Assembly: GCA_048882505.1 (NCBI GenBank)
Contig: JBHLRO010000001.1
Location: 60,001 to 92,000, forward strand
Source of the DNA: Candidatus Thorarchaeota archaeon
GTDB lineage: Archaea; Asgardarchaeota; Heimdallarchaeia; Hodarchaeales; Hodarchaeaceae
Reading direction: 5' to 3'
DNA: 32,000 nt
Below the pieces are notes generated by a model, which saw only the letters and a program-made list of their open reading frames with translations, searched no databases and was not told where the DNA came from. Positions within the stretch are counted from its first letter, which is position 1, and each line of letters opens with the position of its first letter. This document shows positions 19,090-29,018 of this stretch, in pieces. A program made the position numbers and the translations under genes.

Positions 19090-19198
19090 AAATGCTTTAG
19101 AACAATTCGTCTGTGGTTTTCGGGAGGATATGAATAATAGCTGTGATTATGTGAAAATTTATTGATAGGTAGAAGTGATTCGAGACTGAAAACGAACG

Positions 19199-19846
19199 AT
19201 GAGGTCGGGCACGAAAATGAACAATCTTTACCCAATGAAGACGAATGATTCGAAAAACGAACAACCTTCTCCAATTGATCCTCATTGGATTAGATACACG
19301 AACATTCCTCTACCCGCGTATGCCCATATTCCTTCCGTTACTCCACATCCTCTAAATGATCCACGGGGCCATAGTTATGGTACCCTACCTAATAATGCTG
19401 AACTTATTACCGAAGACTCGTGGCAAACCAACCAAATCTATTTATATGGATTCGACCTCTACAATTTCTCTTATTGGTGGGAAGCCCATGAAACCTGGGA
19501 GGGTATTTGGCAGTCTAGCGAAAAAAAGGCCCCTCTGGGTCGTTTCCTTCAAGGTCTTATTCAGTTATCGACCGTCTTTCTTAAACGCCATCAACGACGA
19601 ATAAAAGGGGTAAGAAGCCTAAGTATGAAGACAATACGGAATTTGGATTACGTTAATAGAAATATTGATACTGCAGTCTATCTGGGAGTAGATATTCTAG
19701 CTTTATTGGGTGAATTCAAAGCCTGTATTGCAGCCTTTTTGGAGGATGCACCTTCTGGCGATCCGTTTAAGGATCCCAAACCTCAACCTCTCATCAAACT
19801 CCGCTTAGATCCGTATATGATAAACCTAAAGCAAAGATCATTGTGA
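19199..19846 (+). CDS. DUF309 family protein
   Basis: YNFSYWWEAHETWE...FLQGLIQL, with an N-terminal LPAYAHIP...PHP extension. Confidence 0.85.
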   Translation: MRSGTKMNNLYPMKTNDSKNEQPSPIDPHWIRYTNIPLPAYAHIPSVTPHPLNDPRGHSYGTLPNNAELITEDSWQTNQIYLYGFDLYNFSYWWEAHETWEGIWQSSEKKAPLGRFLQGLIQLSTVFLKRHQRRIKGVRSLSMKTIRNLDYVNRNIDTAVYLGVDILALLGEFKACIAAFLEDAPSGDPFKDPKPQPLIKLRLDPYMINLKQRSL

Positions 19847-21940
19847 TAACTCCTCGCGTACGATTGAATCAATAGCGGGTAGACACTCTTTTTGGGCCTC
19901 CTTAACCGTTGATACCTCTAGTTCGGAAGCGAATTTAACTAGCTTGGCCTGGACTTTGGCAGAAACACTTGAAGGATTTAGGATAGGTGTCATCATTAGT
20001 TCTCTTGGTTCAACCTTAAGCGTATCCCCCCCATAGGTACGTCCCGTTTCTCTCATGGCCTTCCTAGTCTCATTCGAGTTTAGTATAACCCAAAGAAGAC
20101 GAAGTTCACGAGAGGACAAATCTATATTTGGTTGAGGGTAGAGCATTAGGAAGCTATTAAGGGGGCGTACATCCGCATTATTTAGAATGAATCGAGATGC
20201 CCCTCTACTAAGGTAGGTGAAGAGTAAGACAGGAATTTCTCGTTTTTCTAGCTGGTACCAGATTTTCCGGCTTTTCACGAGGCTTCCATTAGGTACGCCA
20301 GTCGATTCTCCATGTTGCAGATAATTCCGTAGTGTTGGCAGTTTATCCAGGCTGATATCACCTTGAATATATAACAACCATACCTTCTTATTCTGATTTG
20401 ATAATCGGTTAAAATCGTTTCTTGTTAGAACATATTTCTGGACTAGACGTGTTTTTGTTATAGTAGGAACAAGAAATCTCTTGGATAACTTATATTTTCG
20501 TCGTTCCGCATCCGTAAGGACGAAATATTCATTCCTACCGGTAGCAATGCCCCGCATCACATGAAAAAAACGCGACAGGGGTACTTCATTCGATCTCCGA
20601 CCTCCCAAAGAAAACGATCGCGCCTGAGTCCAATTCAACTTGGGATCAAGACTGGTTTGTTTGGTTTCGTATATCTTGACAGCATCTCTATAAGCCCACT
20701 TCGAGATAGTTGATGCTGATTGAAATACAATTTTAGGAAGTAGAGGGACTATTACGTCGTCATTGATAATAATCAATCTTGTTCGATCGGAATGTTTTGG
20801 CTTGTTTCCATCAATGACAAAAATACATGCTGATGTGTCAACTCCCTCGAAAACATTTAATCTATGGTGAAAAACAATGATGTAAGGGACTTGAAACCGC
20901 TTTCTTAGAATTTCTTTCAGATACTGGCTATTACGCGACTCGAAGGCAATAGTAGGAGTAATAAAGACCATTCGACCATTTCGGATTAAGAGTTTCAAAG
21001 CTTTAATGATAAAATACATGAATTGACTCGAAATTCTAGAAAATTTTCCCCCAAAGGTTCGTTCAAATTCATCACCCACCATATCCTTTATTTCTTTTGG
21101 AAGAATATGGTGACGCGAGTAGGGGGGATTACAGATGATACCATGATACCCAAGAGAGGGTATAGGTTGGAGGATTGATGAAAGATCCTTTCCAGAAGTA
21201 ACAGCCAGAGCTCCTTTAGAACGGAAAGGGAGTTCGACCGGAGCGATAGTCAGAAAATCAGAATATACGATTTTGATATTCGTTCTTTCTGAGTACGAAT
21301 TTACTTGCGCGATCTCATAGAGCAATGGATGAATTTCTATCCCCCCAATCTTCACGTCAAGCTTTCTCTCCAATTGCGAAATTTTCTGAAGAAAAATTCC
21401 AGTACCTGTACATGGATCTAAGATTGTTTTTGATTCATCAATTTTACCTTGAAATAGGAGGTCCACCATAACATCAGCAATGGGAGCTGGTGTCCAAAAT
21501 TGCCCTAGCTTCCGGCGATTATTCTGTGATAAGATTTCTGTGAACAACGTTGCCATAATCTTATCGGAACCATCTTTTTTGATGAAATTCAATTCTTCCA
21601 AGGTGGGGTGAAAAGTGCTGTTCAAAGCGATTTTTTCTAGGATGGATGATACAAAAAGATTTGAGTGCTGTTTTTTGAGCTTTTCTATGATATTCAAAGT
21701 CATTTGATCCAATGAAATTCCTTTGGGCTGAGAAAGTACGATGAAGCGTAATCGGTTTAAAATCAATAATGCGGCCAGTTTTCGATAAACCTCATGGTCC
21801 TCAATAGACAGACCTGTAAGTTCCGAGAATTTCAGAGCTTCTTTACTGTTAATTGTTAATTCTTTAGATAATACTGATATATGGATCGATTCAATGATTG
21901 ATTTCAGTAATTTTTCGTATTTCCTCCTATTAGGCAACAC
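19838..21940 (-). CDS. N6-adenine DNA methyltransferase, gamma class (TaqI/Eco57I/HsdM-like) with a C-terminal target recognition domain
   Basis: LGQFWTP, motif I ILDPCTGTGIF and motif IV IICNPPY in gamma order. The TRD carries RGIATGRNEYF and GRTYGGDTLKVEP. A GGAGG RBS precedes the GTG. Confidence 0.9.
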   Translation of the reverse strand: MLPNRRKYEKLLKSIIESIHISVLSKELTINSKEALKFSELTGLSIEDHEVYRKLAALLILNRLRFIVLSQPKGISLDQMTLNIIEKLKKQHSNLFVSSILEKIALNSTFHPTLEELNFIKKDGSDKIMATLFTEILSQNNRRKLGQFWTPAPIADVMVDLLFQGKIDESKTILDPCTGTGIFLQKISQLERKLDVKIGGIEIHPLLYEIAQVNSYSERTNIKIVYSDFLTIAPVELPFRSKGALAVTSGKDLSSILQPIPSLGYHGIICNPPYSRHHILPKEIKDMVGDEFERTFGGKFSRISSQFMYFIIKALKLLIRNGRMVFITPTIAFESRNSQYLKEILRKRFQVPYIIVFHHRLNVFEGVDTSACIFVIDGNKPKHSDRTRLIIINDDVIVPLLPKIVFQSASTISKWAYRDAVKIYETKQTSLDPKLNWTQARSFSLGGRRSNEVPLSRFFHVMRGIATGRNEYFVLTDAERRKYKLSKRFLVPTITKTRLVQKYVLTRNDFNRLSNQNKKVWLLYIQGDISLDKLPTLRNYLQHGESTGVPNGSLVKSRKIWYQLEKREIPVLLFTYLSRGASRFILNNADVRPLNSFLMLYPQPNIDLSSRELRLLWVILNSNETRKAMRETGRTYGGDTLKVEPRELMMTPILNPSSVSAKVQAKLVKFASELEVSTVKEAQKECLPAIDSIVREELSQ

Positions 21941-22015
21941 TAATTAACCCTCCCAGGAGAATCGATAGATCATTCCAAACTGAAAGAAGTTAGGGGCCTT
22001 TTTTTTAGGGCCAAT

Positions 22016-22306
22016 TTACAATCTTCTCAATACATAACCCAAAAATCCTAAAAGGGCGAATCCGATTCCAGTGATGGCTCCACAAGCAACTAGAAGGAAG
22101 AATAAGTTGAAAAATGGGAATCCAAGGCCAGGCCTTACTTGATCAATAGCCGACGCATCAAAAAAACCAAGGTGTAGATCTATTCTAAGATTCGCAACTA
22201 GGATGCCTAAAACAAAACATATCACTCCAATTACAAAGAAAAAACTAATTTCTAACAGGGTTTTTGGTAGGAAACTTTGTTCCTTATGCTTGTTCATGGG
22301 TTGCAT
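22016..22306 (-). CDS. Small 2-TM hypothetical protein
   Basis: Two hydrophobic helices, same strand and 75 bp upstream of the MTase. Confidence 0.6.
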   Translation of the reverse strand: MQPMNKHKEQSFLPKTLLEISFFFVIGVICFVLGILVANLRIDLHLGFFDASAIDQVRPGLGFPFFNLFFLLVACGAITGIGFALLGFLGYVLRRL

Positions 22307-22423
22307 ACTACTACCAAAGTTAAAACGCGGCTTTTAAGGTATTGCGATAAAGACTGTTGACCCCTGGATTCTCTTCATCCAGACCATTCATGCCTAATTA
22401 AATTTCATATCATTTTATAATCC

Positions 22424-23452
22424 GTGGAAAGGTGTTCAATGACAGATTCGCTTATTAAACATCGTTTACTGGAGTATTATAAAAAGAATTTTCCCCAGAT
22501 AGATAATATTACGATTCCTAGCTTTGAACGGCTCGCTGACGGGTGGGAAACCGAGATATACGCCTTCAGCCTTTTGGAAAATATCCACCCAAAGCAGGAC
22601 TTGATATTACGGATTTATCCTGGCAAGGATGCACAGGCAAAATCTACGCGAGAATTCTCAGGCATGGTGCACCTAAAAACTCTAGGTTACCCAGTACCGG
22701 AGGTCTATCACTATGGGGAGCGTCAGAACTCACCATTTGACGGTAAACCATTCTGTATTATGGAAAGAATCTTTGGTAGGCTTCTCGGAGATTTATCCGA
22801 TCCTTCCGTTGTTGATCTCTTTGCATCACTGCTGGTGCGGCTACATGAACTAAAATGGCGAAAATTGATTCCTTATGTAAAGCATTACTCACCTGTGGGA
22901 TTTCTCGAGGAGACATTAGATAAATATCGTGCTACAATAATGGCTTCGGGTTTTTTGGGTTTTCTAGAGCCTATTTCATGGATCCAAGAGGAAGCTACGA
23001 ATCGGGATCTCAAGATATCTCTAGCGATTACCCATAACGATTTCCACCCCTATAACATCATTCTAGATATGCATAACAGACCATATGTCATTGATTGGAG
23101 TGGTTTTGCCATATCGGATTATCGTATGGACCTTGCATGGGCTCTCATGCTTATAGAGGCCTACAGAACTAAAGAACGTCGCCTCCATTTTAAAAATAGA
23201 TACGCTGAGATAAGTATGAAGAATCTAGAGCATTTAGATCTTTTCGATGTAATGGCTTGCACACGACGCTTATTTAACATTGTGGTTTCAATTGAACAGG
23301 GGCCTGATAAGCTTGGGATGCGTCCCGAAGCACTTACCGTCATTATAAGAGATTTAGATAAGCATAAACGAGTATATAGGCTCTTTCAAGAACGTACCCG
23401 GTTTTCTATACCAGAAGTGGAGGCCTTGATTTCAAAACTTGAAAAATCTTAA
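22424..23452 (+). CDS. Aminoglycoside-phosphotransferase/choline-kinase-like phosphotransferase
   Basis: Catalytic loop THNDFHPYNII, VIDWS and MDLAW. The start could be GTG 22424 or ATG 22439. Confidence 0.88.
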   Translation: MERCSMTDSLIKHRLLEYYKKNFPQIDNITIPSFERLADGWETEIYAFSLLENIHPKQDLILRIYPGKDAQAKSTREFSGMVHLKTLGYPVPEVYHYGERQNSPFDGKPFCIMERIFGRLLGDLSDPSVVDLFASLLVRLHELKWRKLIPYVKHYSPVGFLEETLDKYRATIMASGFLGFLEPISWIQEEATNRDLKISLAITHNDFHPYNIILDMHNRPYVIDWSGFAISDYRMDLAWALMLIEAYRTKERRLHFKNRYAEISMKNLEHLDLFDVMACTRRLFNIVVSIEQGPDKLGMRPEALTVIIRDLDKHKRVYRLFQERTRFSIPEVEALISKLEKS

Positions 23453-23467
23453 ATCCAAGGCTATTCC

Positions 23468-23475
23468 TTTTTTTT
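23468..23475 (+). terminator. Oligo-T terminator
   Basis: T8 run 15 nt after the stop, between convergent genes. Confidence 0.45.
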
Positions 23476-23491
23476 GACCAAGCTCGATAAT

Positions 23492-24679
23492 TTATACCTT
23501 AGAGTAAAGTAAACCGAGTAAAGCATGAACTGCAGTTCCTTTCCATAGAATGGTTTCATCTACTTCAAATTTTGGATGATGCGTTGGATAAATGGTACCT
23601 TTTTCTTCATTATATATCCCTAAGGCCATAAAGCATCCTTTAATTCTTTCTAGATAGAAAGCGAAATCTTCAGCGCCCATTGTAGGTTGCATGGATTCAA
23701 CTGATTCAAATCCATCGAGAACAACCTTTAACTTGGCCATAGCTTCGGGATGGTTTATAACGGGGGGATAAGGGATCATATCCCCTTCATTGAATACTAC
23801 TTCCCCCTCGCAACGCCATGCTGTACAATATCCCTCCACGATCTGGGGGAGTCGGGCCAGTATATGATTTCGTATTTCTGGATCCATTGTGCGAAAGGTG
23901 CCTTTCATAACAGCAAATGGAGGAATGACATTATGGGCCTTACTTGCAGAGATATCAGGAGTAGATATGACTACGGGCTGAAATGGCGTAATCTCCCTTG
24001 TACAAACTTTCTGTAGAGCATTATAGATATCTGCAAGCACAGCTGTCGGATCGACAGTTAAGTGGGGAGAAGCAGCATGACCTCCTCGTCCTTTAACGGT
24101 TACTCGAAAAAAATCGGCACTGGCCATCATCCGAGGAATTGTCGCAATTGTCCCACTGGGAAGGGTTCCCCAAACATGCATCCCAAAAATGACATCTACA
24201 TCATTTATATGCCCCTCAGCAACAATTCGTTTACCCCCGCCACCACCTTCCTCGGCTGGTTGAAAAATTAATTTTACGGTACCTATAACCTCTTTCACGT
24301 GTTTTTGCAAAAGACGGGCGGCACCAAGAAGCATAGCCATATGCGCATCATGGCCACAGGCATGCATCTTTCCGGGAATGGTAGAATGGTATTCTAAGTC
24401 CGTATTCTCTTCGGTGACATTCAAAGCATCTATATCTGCCCTCAGGGCTATCGTTGGACCTGAAACTTCTCCGCTAATGGTAGCCATTACCCCTGTTTTT
24501 GCCACACTGATCGGATTATAGCCCATCTTTGACAATTCGGTGGAAATTCTCCCAGCGGTCTTGAATTCCTCGTACATAGTTTCTGGGTAACGGTGGAAGG
24601 TTCGACGTAAATTTATAATATAGGGCTCCAGTTCCTGAGCATCTTTCACAATTTGGGCTCGTAATCGCTCTAAGCTCAT
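23492..24679 (-). CDS. M20D amidohydrolase/carboxypeptidase
   Basis: LRADIDAL, MHACGHDAH, FQPAEEG, GMHV, GAEDF and HHPKF. Confidence 0.95.
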   Translation of the reverse strand: MSLERLRAQIVKDAQELEPYIINLRRTFHRYPETMYEEFKTAGRISTELSKMGYNPISVAKTGVMATISGEVSGPTIALRADIDALNVTEENTDLEYHSTIPGKMHACGHDAHMAMLLGAARLLQKHVKEVIGTVKLIFQPAEEGGGGGKRIVAEGHINDVDVIFGMHVWGTLPSGTIATIPRMMASADFFRVTVKGRGGHAASPHLTVDPTAVLADIYNALQKVCTREITPFQPVVISTPDISASKAHNVIPPFAVMKGTFRTMDPEIRNHILARLPQIVEGYCTAWRCEGEVVFNEGDMIPYPPVINHPEAMAKLKVVLDGFESVESMQPTMGAEDFAFYLERIKGCFMALGIYNEEKGTIYPTHHPKFEVDETILWKGTAVHALLGLLYSKV

Positions 24680-25267
24680 GTTGTTCAGCCTTTTTTAATT
24701 GGTTTTTCAGCGGAATTGCTTTAATCTATGGTGGTAAATCAGAATGCAATATCATGAAATAGACGAATGGTTAGATTTAATATTGTATTATGTCATCCAA
24801 GGGATTCCAAACTGCGATATATTAGTTTTCAAATTTACATTTCCAAATTACTGAAAGGAATACTTCCGTTTCGGAGTTTTAGAAACCCCTAATATGAGAT
24901 CATGGATTCTCTGGAAATTTAGGAGCCACATCCCAGCAGTTTATCGAAATCACTAGTAATGCCCAGCGTCAGACCCCTTCGTGTAATTGTCCAATTAAAG
25001 GTTTTTTGAGTTTGAAGTGATTTACATGCCTGGGTTTTGGATTTTCATGAACCTTTGTTGAAACGCAATACACTTCTCATCCCCTATTCAGTATAAGTGG
25101 AACAGCCTTGAGCTGACTACCGCTCGGCTTTTCCAAAACAATAGCTATAAAAAACATCGATTCTTCAATTTAGCTATCAAGCTCTCTGATCTTTACAGCC
25201 ACCCAGAAGTACCTAAAAGATTCTGAATCAGATAAATAACCTCCCATCACCCCAAAAGGAGAATTTA

Positions 25268-25642
25268 ATGCAAACCCTCAGCCGTGGTCTATGTCCCTTT
25301 CGCATCCAGTTACCAGACTTTCAATCTGGGTGTGTTTTACAGTTAAAGAAAGAGGCAACATGTTACACTCAAGATCTCAGACCTTTGATGCACCAAAATA
25401 ATCAATATACATGTCCACTGTTAGGCGTCCGGATAGACGAAAAACTTTATGCTAAAATTGAAATTTTAGTTGATCAGGTCTTGGCCATTCAAACTGACGA
25501 TGAAATATGTTCGAATTGCTGGCCCATGCTTTCTGGAATAGCTCGAATGAAGAATTCGGAAACTTTACAAGGATTAGAGCTAGAACAGTTGGCAGAGGAA
25601 GTTACAGATAGACTTCAAGATATTGTTATGGATTTCTCCTGA
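25268..25642 (+). CDS. Hypothetical four-Cys protein (paralog 1)
   Basis: AAGGAG RBS, and clear alignment to the downstream ORF (CPFR, GC.LQ, CY.Q..RPL, CP.L, WP.LSG). Confidence 0.75.
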   Translation: MQTLSRGLCPFRIQLPDFQSGCVLQLKKEATCYTQDLRPLMHQNNQYTCPLLGVRIDEKLYAKIEILVDQVLAIQTDDEICSNCWPMLSGIARMKNSETLQGLELEQLAEEVTDRLQDIVMDFS

Positions 25643-25846
25643 TCTGCTGAAAAACTTCCACCCCGTAATAAACGAAATATTAAACTTGACTTTTTAAGCC
25701 CAAAGGTATTACGGTTAATGGAGTATCGTATGGATTTTACAGGACGATAGCTAAAAAAAATTTCATTTCATGTTTCTAACCGCCCATCAACGAGCTTATT
25801 TAGGATTAATACATCCTAGACGTTCATAGACTGGTGGAAATTTTTC

Positions 25847-26233
25847 TTGTCGATAATAGGTTTTGGATTTTGTCCGTTTCGCGTTGAATACGAATCTTTC
25901 AGGGCTGGGTGCAAGCTCCAGATAAAAACCCTGTGTTATTCTCAACATGTGCGGCCTTTACTTCAAATGGACACCAATCCGGGTTACTATTGTCCGGTAC
26001 TCCATTTTACCCTCTCCGAAGGCACCTATGAGGAGATCCAATCCCTTATTCAACAGATCCTTAAAATTCAGGATGAAGAAAACATAGCTCTTAATATCTG
26101 GCCATTGTTAAGTGGCGTTGCGAATCCAAAGCACAAATCGACCACTCCAAAAGGAAAAGGGATGCAACAACTGAGCAAGAAAGTGAGGGATGAACTTGAA
26201 CAGATCATTTACGACATAAGCGAAATTCGTTAA
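25847..26233 (+). CDS. Hypothetical four-Cys protein (paralog 2)
   Basis: TTG start after GGTGG. It is collinear with paralog 1 over the full length. Confidence 0.75.
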   Translation: MSIIGFGFCPFRVEYESFRAGCKLQIKTLCYSQHVRPLLQMDTNPGYYCPVLHFTLSEGTYEEIQSLIQQILKIQDEENIALNIWPLLSGVANPKHKSTTPKGKGMQQLSKKVRDELEQIIYDISEIR

Positions 26234-26308
26234 TCACAAAGGAGATAAAAATCTTAGTTGTTTAGCCTGGAGAAGTTTACAACTTGAATAGAGGTAGAAT
26301 ATCCAGCT

Positions 26309-27436
26309 ATGGAACTCGTCAATGGAAAAAAATCTACTAAGGCGCTTCATGATTCAATCTTCCTCCTAGGCGATGAAGATTCTCCTCAAGTCATTCAGAC
26401 AAGTGTTTTTCCTCCCACTCGTTACCAGGGAAGTAAATATAAGCTAATTAAGTGGTTTCTTTCGATCTTCAAAAAATATAAATTTAAAACAGTTCTAGAC
26501 GCTTTTGGAGGGACGGGAGTCGTTAGTCATATGTTTAAACGTATGGAAAAAGAGGTAACATACAATGACCTCTTGGTAAGCAATTATTTTATTGGAAAAG
26601 CACTGATAGAGAATAGTGGAATCATTACTAATGTTTCGGACGTTGTTCATATCTTTAAGAGGCATAAAGCTCAGAAATATAAGACAATAATTCAAGATAA
26701 CTTCCGCGATATCTATTATACAGACGAAGAAAACAAATTTCTTGATATTTGTGTTCAAAACATAATAAAGTCAAGGGATGAATACAAGAAAGCCCTATAT
26801 TTCTTTTCTCTTTTTCAAGCCTGTCTACAGAAGCGCCCTTTCAATTTATTTCATAGAAAAAACTTATATCTAAGGCAAAGAAACGTTAAGAGGAGTTTTG
26901 GAAACAAAAAAACGTGGGACACCCCGTTTGAAGAACTCTTTATGAAAGCGTTAAAACAGGCGAATAAGGCTATTTTTGACAATAATCAAAATAATAAAGC
27001 TTTAAATTACCCCATTCATGATCTTTTGCTTCCAGAGGAGGGTTTTGATTTGATCTATCTTGATCCACCCTATATATCCCATACAGGTGTTGGTGTAAAT
27101 TATCGGGATTTTTATCATTTCTTAGAAGGGATTTGCAATTACCATCACTGGTTAGAAATGATTGATTTCCAATCCAAACATAGACGGCTAAAAGTTCATA
27201 AGAATGGCTGGATCAACAAAAATCAGGTAGAAAGCGAATTCGAATCGGTGGTGGCAAAATTTCAAGATTCGATCATTTCTATTTCCTATCGAGATCCAGG
27301 AATTCCTCCAATCCCGACTATCCAAGATATAGTTTCTACCTACAAGAACGTTGTTGATACTTACACTAAAGGTTACAGTTACGCTCTAACTTCTCGCAAA
27401 AATCGGGGACGGGAAATCCTTATTATTGGTAGGTAA
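26309..27436 (+). CDS. D12-class (Dam/FokI-like, alpha group) N6-adenine DNA methyltransferase
   Basis: Motif X RYQGSK, motif I LDAFGGTG, YND, motif IV YLDPPY, ISY and a C-terminal EILII. Confidence 0.9.
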   Translation: MELVNGKKSTKALHDSIFLLGDEDSPQVIQTSVFPPTRYQGSKYKLIKWFLSIFKKYKFKTVLDAFGGTGVVSHMFKRMEKEVTYNDLLVSNYFIGKALIENSGIITNVSDVVHIFKRHKAQKYKTIIQDNFRDIYYTDEENKFLDICVQNIIKSRDEYKKALYFFSLFQACLQKRPFNLFHRKNLYLRQRNVKRSFGNKKTWDTPFEELFMKALKQANKAIFDNNQNNKALNYPIHDLLLPEEGFDLIYLDPPYISHTGVGVNYRDFYHFLEGICNYHHWLEMIDFQSKHRRLKVHKNGWINKNQVESEFESVVAKFQDSIISISYRDPGIPPIPTIQDIVSTYKNVVDTYTKGYSYALTSRKNRGREILIIGR

Positions 27437-27497
27437 ATTATCAAGGAGTAGAAACCTATTTGAAATTAAGGGCCAAGATTCCTTAGGGGTCAAAACA

Positions 27498-28985
27498 ATG
27501 GGATTGAAAGATTTCTATCACCTTCTTGATAACGGGGACATGAAAGAAGCGTTGGTTGTTATGGAATCCTTGGAGGGTGATGAAAGGCTCGAGGCAGAAC
27601 TCACCAAGGCTACGCTTGACCTAAACTTCTACGGAGGAGTACATGAGATTTCTTCTCTTGTGAAAGATCTAGTTAAAAAAACTCATCATAACTCACTTCT
27701 CCAAAGTTTCGCTCGAGCATGTCTTGCTTTTATTTTCATATGGGAAGCCAAATATCCAGAAGCGCTCGCCGAATTGGATGAAGCAGCCAGGTTAATAAAT
27801 GAGAATCCCACGAAAAGCAGATACAGTGTTCCAGTCATATTTGTATCATTCATAAAAGCCTTTTATTTGGTTGAGGTGGGAAAACATGATGAAGCAATAG
27901 CTATTTACTCCCACGTCATAGAAACCGCTTTGGCCCAACAATTCCCTTTGAAAATTTTCGGCATGGCAGCGTTCCACAATCTTGGGTCAATCTATGAACA
28001 CAAAGGGGAATGTAAGAGAGCCATAGAAAATTATCTTAAGTGTATGAAGATTGTCGAAGAACTAGGAAACAAAATCTTACTTGCCTACCCACTTACGAAA
28101 TTGGGGAATCTATACCATCTTCAAGGTAACTTAACTCTTGCGACCGACATGTTAGAGGAAGGATTGGAAAATTCTCGAACTTTTAAAGATAGTCGGGCTG
28201 CTGCATGGGCTTTGGAGGGATTGGGTGCCGTATATCACTCCAAGGGGGATTTTAGTTTGGCCCTCCGAATGTACGAAGATGCCCTAGAGACAACAAAAAC
28301 TGCCGAACTAAAGGCATCGGATCTTACTTCGACATTATATAGGCTCACTGTCCTCTATCTAGATATGGATAATCCTGATATGGCTAAAGAGTATTTGAGG
28401 CAACTGCAGAATCATGCTACCAGTGATACAAGTCTGCATACTAAAACAATGAGTTTATTCGCTGAAGGATTGATTCTAAAGAGTAGTAAACGATTCAAGG
28501 ATAAAGCGCGTGCACAGGACCTATTTCAATCAATATTTGAAGATAAGAAAAAGACACAAAAAATCAGATTCCTTGCTATGCTCCATTTCTGTGACCTCTT
28601 GCTCCAACAGTCTGAAGATAACATGATGTTAGACAAAGCCCGGAAAATAGCGGGAGAGTTGTATGAATTTGCCCGTTCCTCAAAATTTATACCAGACCAA
28701 ATCAATGCTCTTATTCTGCAGGCAAAATTCGCGTTGATAGAAGGAGATGTAAATCGGGCTTTGGATTTGCTTGAACAAGCGTATAATTTCGCAAACCGAA
28801 AGGAACTCACCAATTTGAAGCATGCCGTTGAGGAGGAGCAAAATTCGTTGAGAAGAGATCTTAACAGATGGCAAAACCTATTGGACATTAATGCTTCATT
28901 GAGAGAGCGGATCAAACTATCTGAAATAGAGGAATATCTTGAGACGGCAATCAAGATCCGTGATCGAACATTAGAAATAACCTGA
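27498..28985 (+). CDS. Tetratricopeptide-repeat protein
   Basis: Repeated TPR units (AFHNLGSIYEHKGECKRAIENY; PLTKLGNLYHLQGNLTLATDML; ALEGLGAVYHSKGDFSLALRMY) and a helical C-terminus. ATG 27498 is preferred over the overlapping TTG at 27426. Confidence 0.85.
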   Translation: MGLKDFYHLLDNGDMKEALVVMESLEGDERLEAELTKATLDLNFYGGVHEISSLVKDLVKKTHHNSLLQSFARACLAFIFIWEAKYPEALAELDEAARLINENPTKSRYSVPVIFVSFIKAFYLVEVGKHDEAIAIYSHVIETALAQQFPLKIFGMAAFHNLGSIYEHKGECKRAIENYLKCMKIVEELGNKILLAYPLTKLGNLYHLQGNLTLATDMLEEGLENSRTFKDSRAAAWALEGLGAVYHSKGDFSLALRMYEDALETTKTAELKASDLTSTLYRLTVLYLDMDNPDMAKEYLRQLQNHATSDTSLHTKTMSLFAEGLILKSSKRFKDKARAQDLFQSIFEDKKKTQKIRFLAMLHFCDLLLQQSEDNMMLDKARKIAGELYEFARSSKFIPDQINALILQAKFALIEGDVNRALDLLEQAYNFANRKELTNLKHAVEEEQNSLRRDLNRWQNLLDINASLRERIKLSEIEEYLETAIKIRDRTLEIT

Positions 28986-29018
28986 AAGCGAGCATCAGAA
29001 GAGAATCATATTGAGCGC

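Noticed and set aside
24880-25160. Minus-strand frame with successive in-frame TGA codons (possible selenocysteine readthrough)
   Set aside because: The peptide has no recognisable family or redox motif and I see no SECIS. It is compatible with chance.
27426-27497. TTG start of the TPR ORF overlapping the MTase stop (translational coupling or fusion)
   Set aside because: The extension looks non-conserved and ATG 27498 is more plausible, so coupling is not supported.
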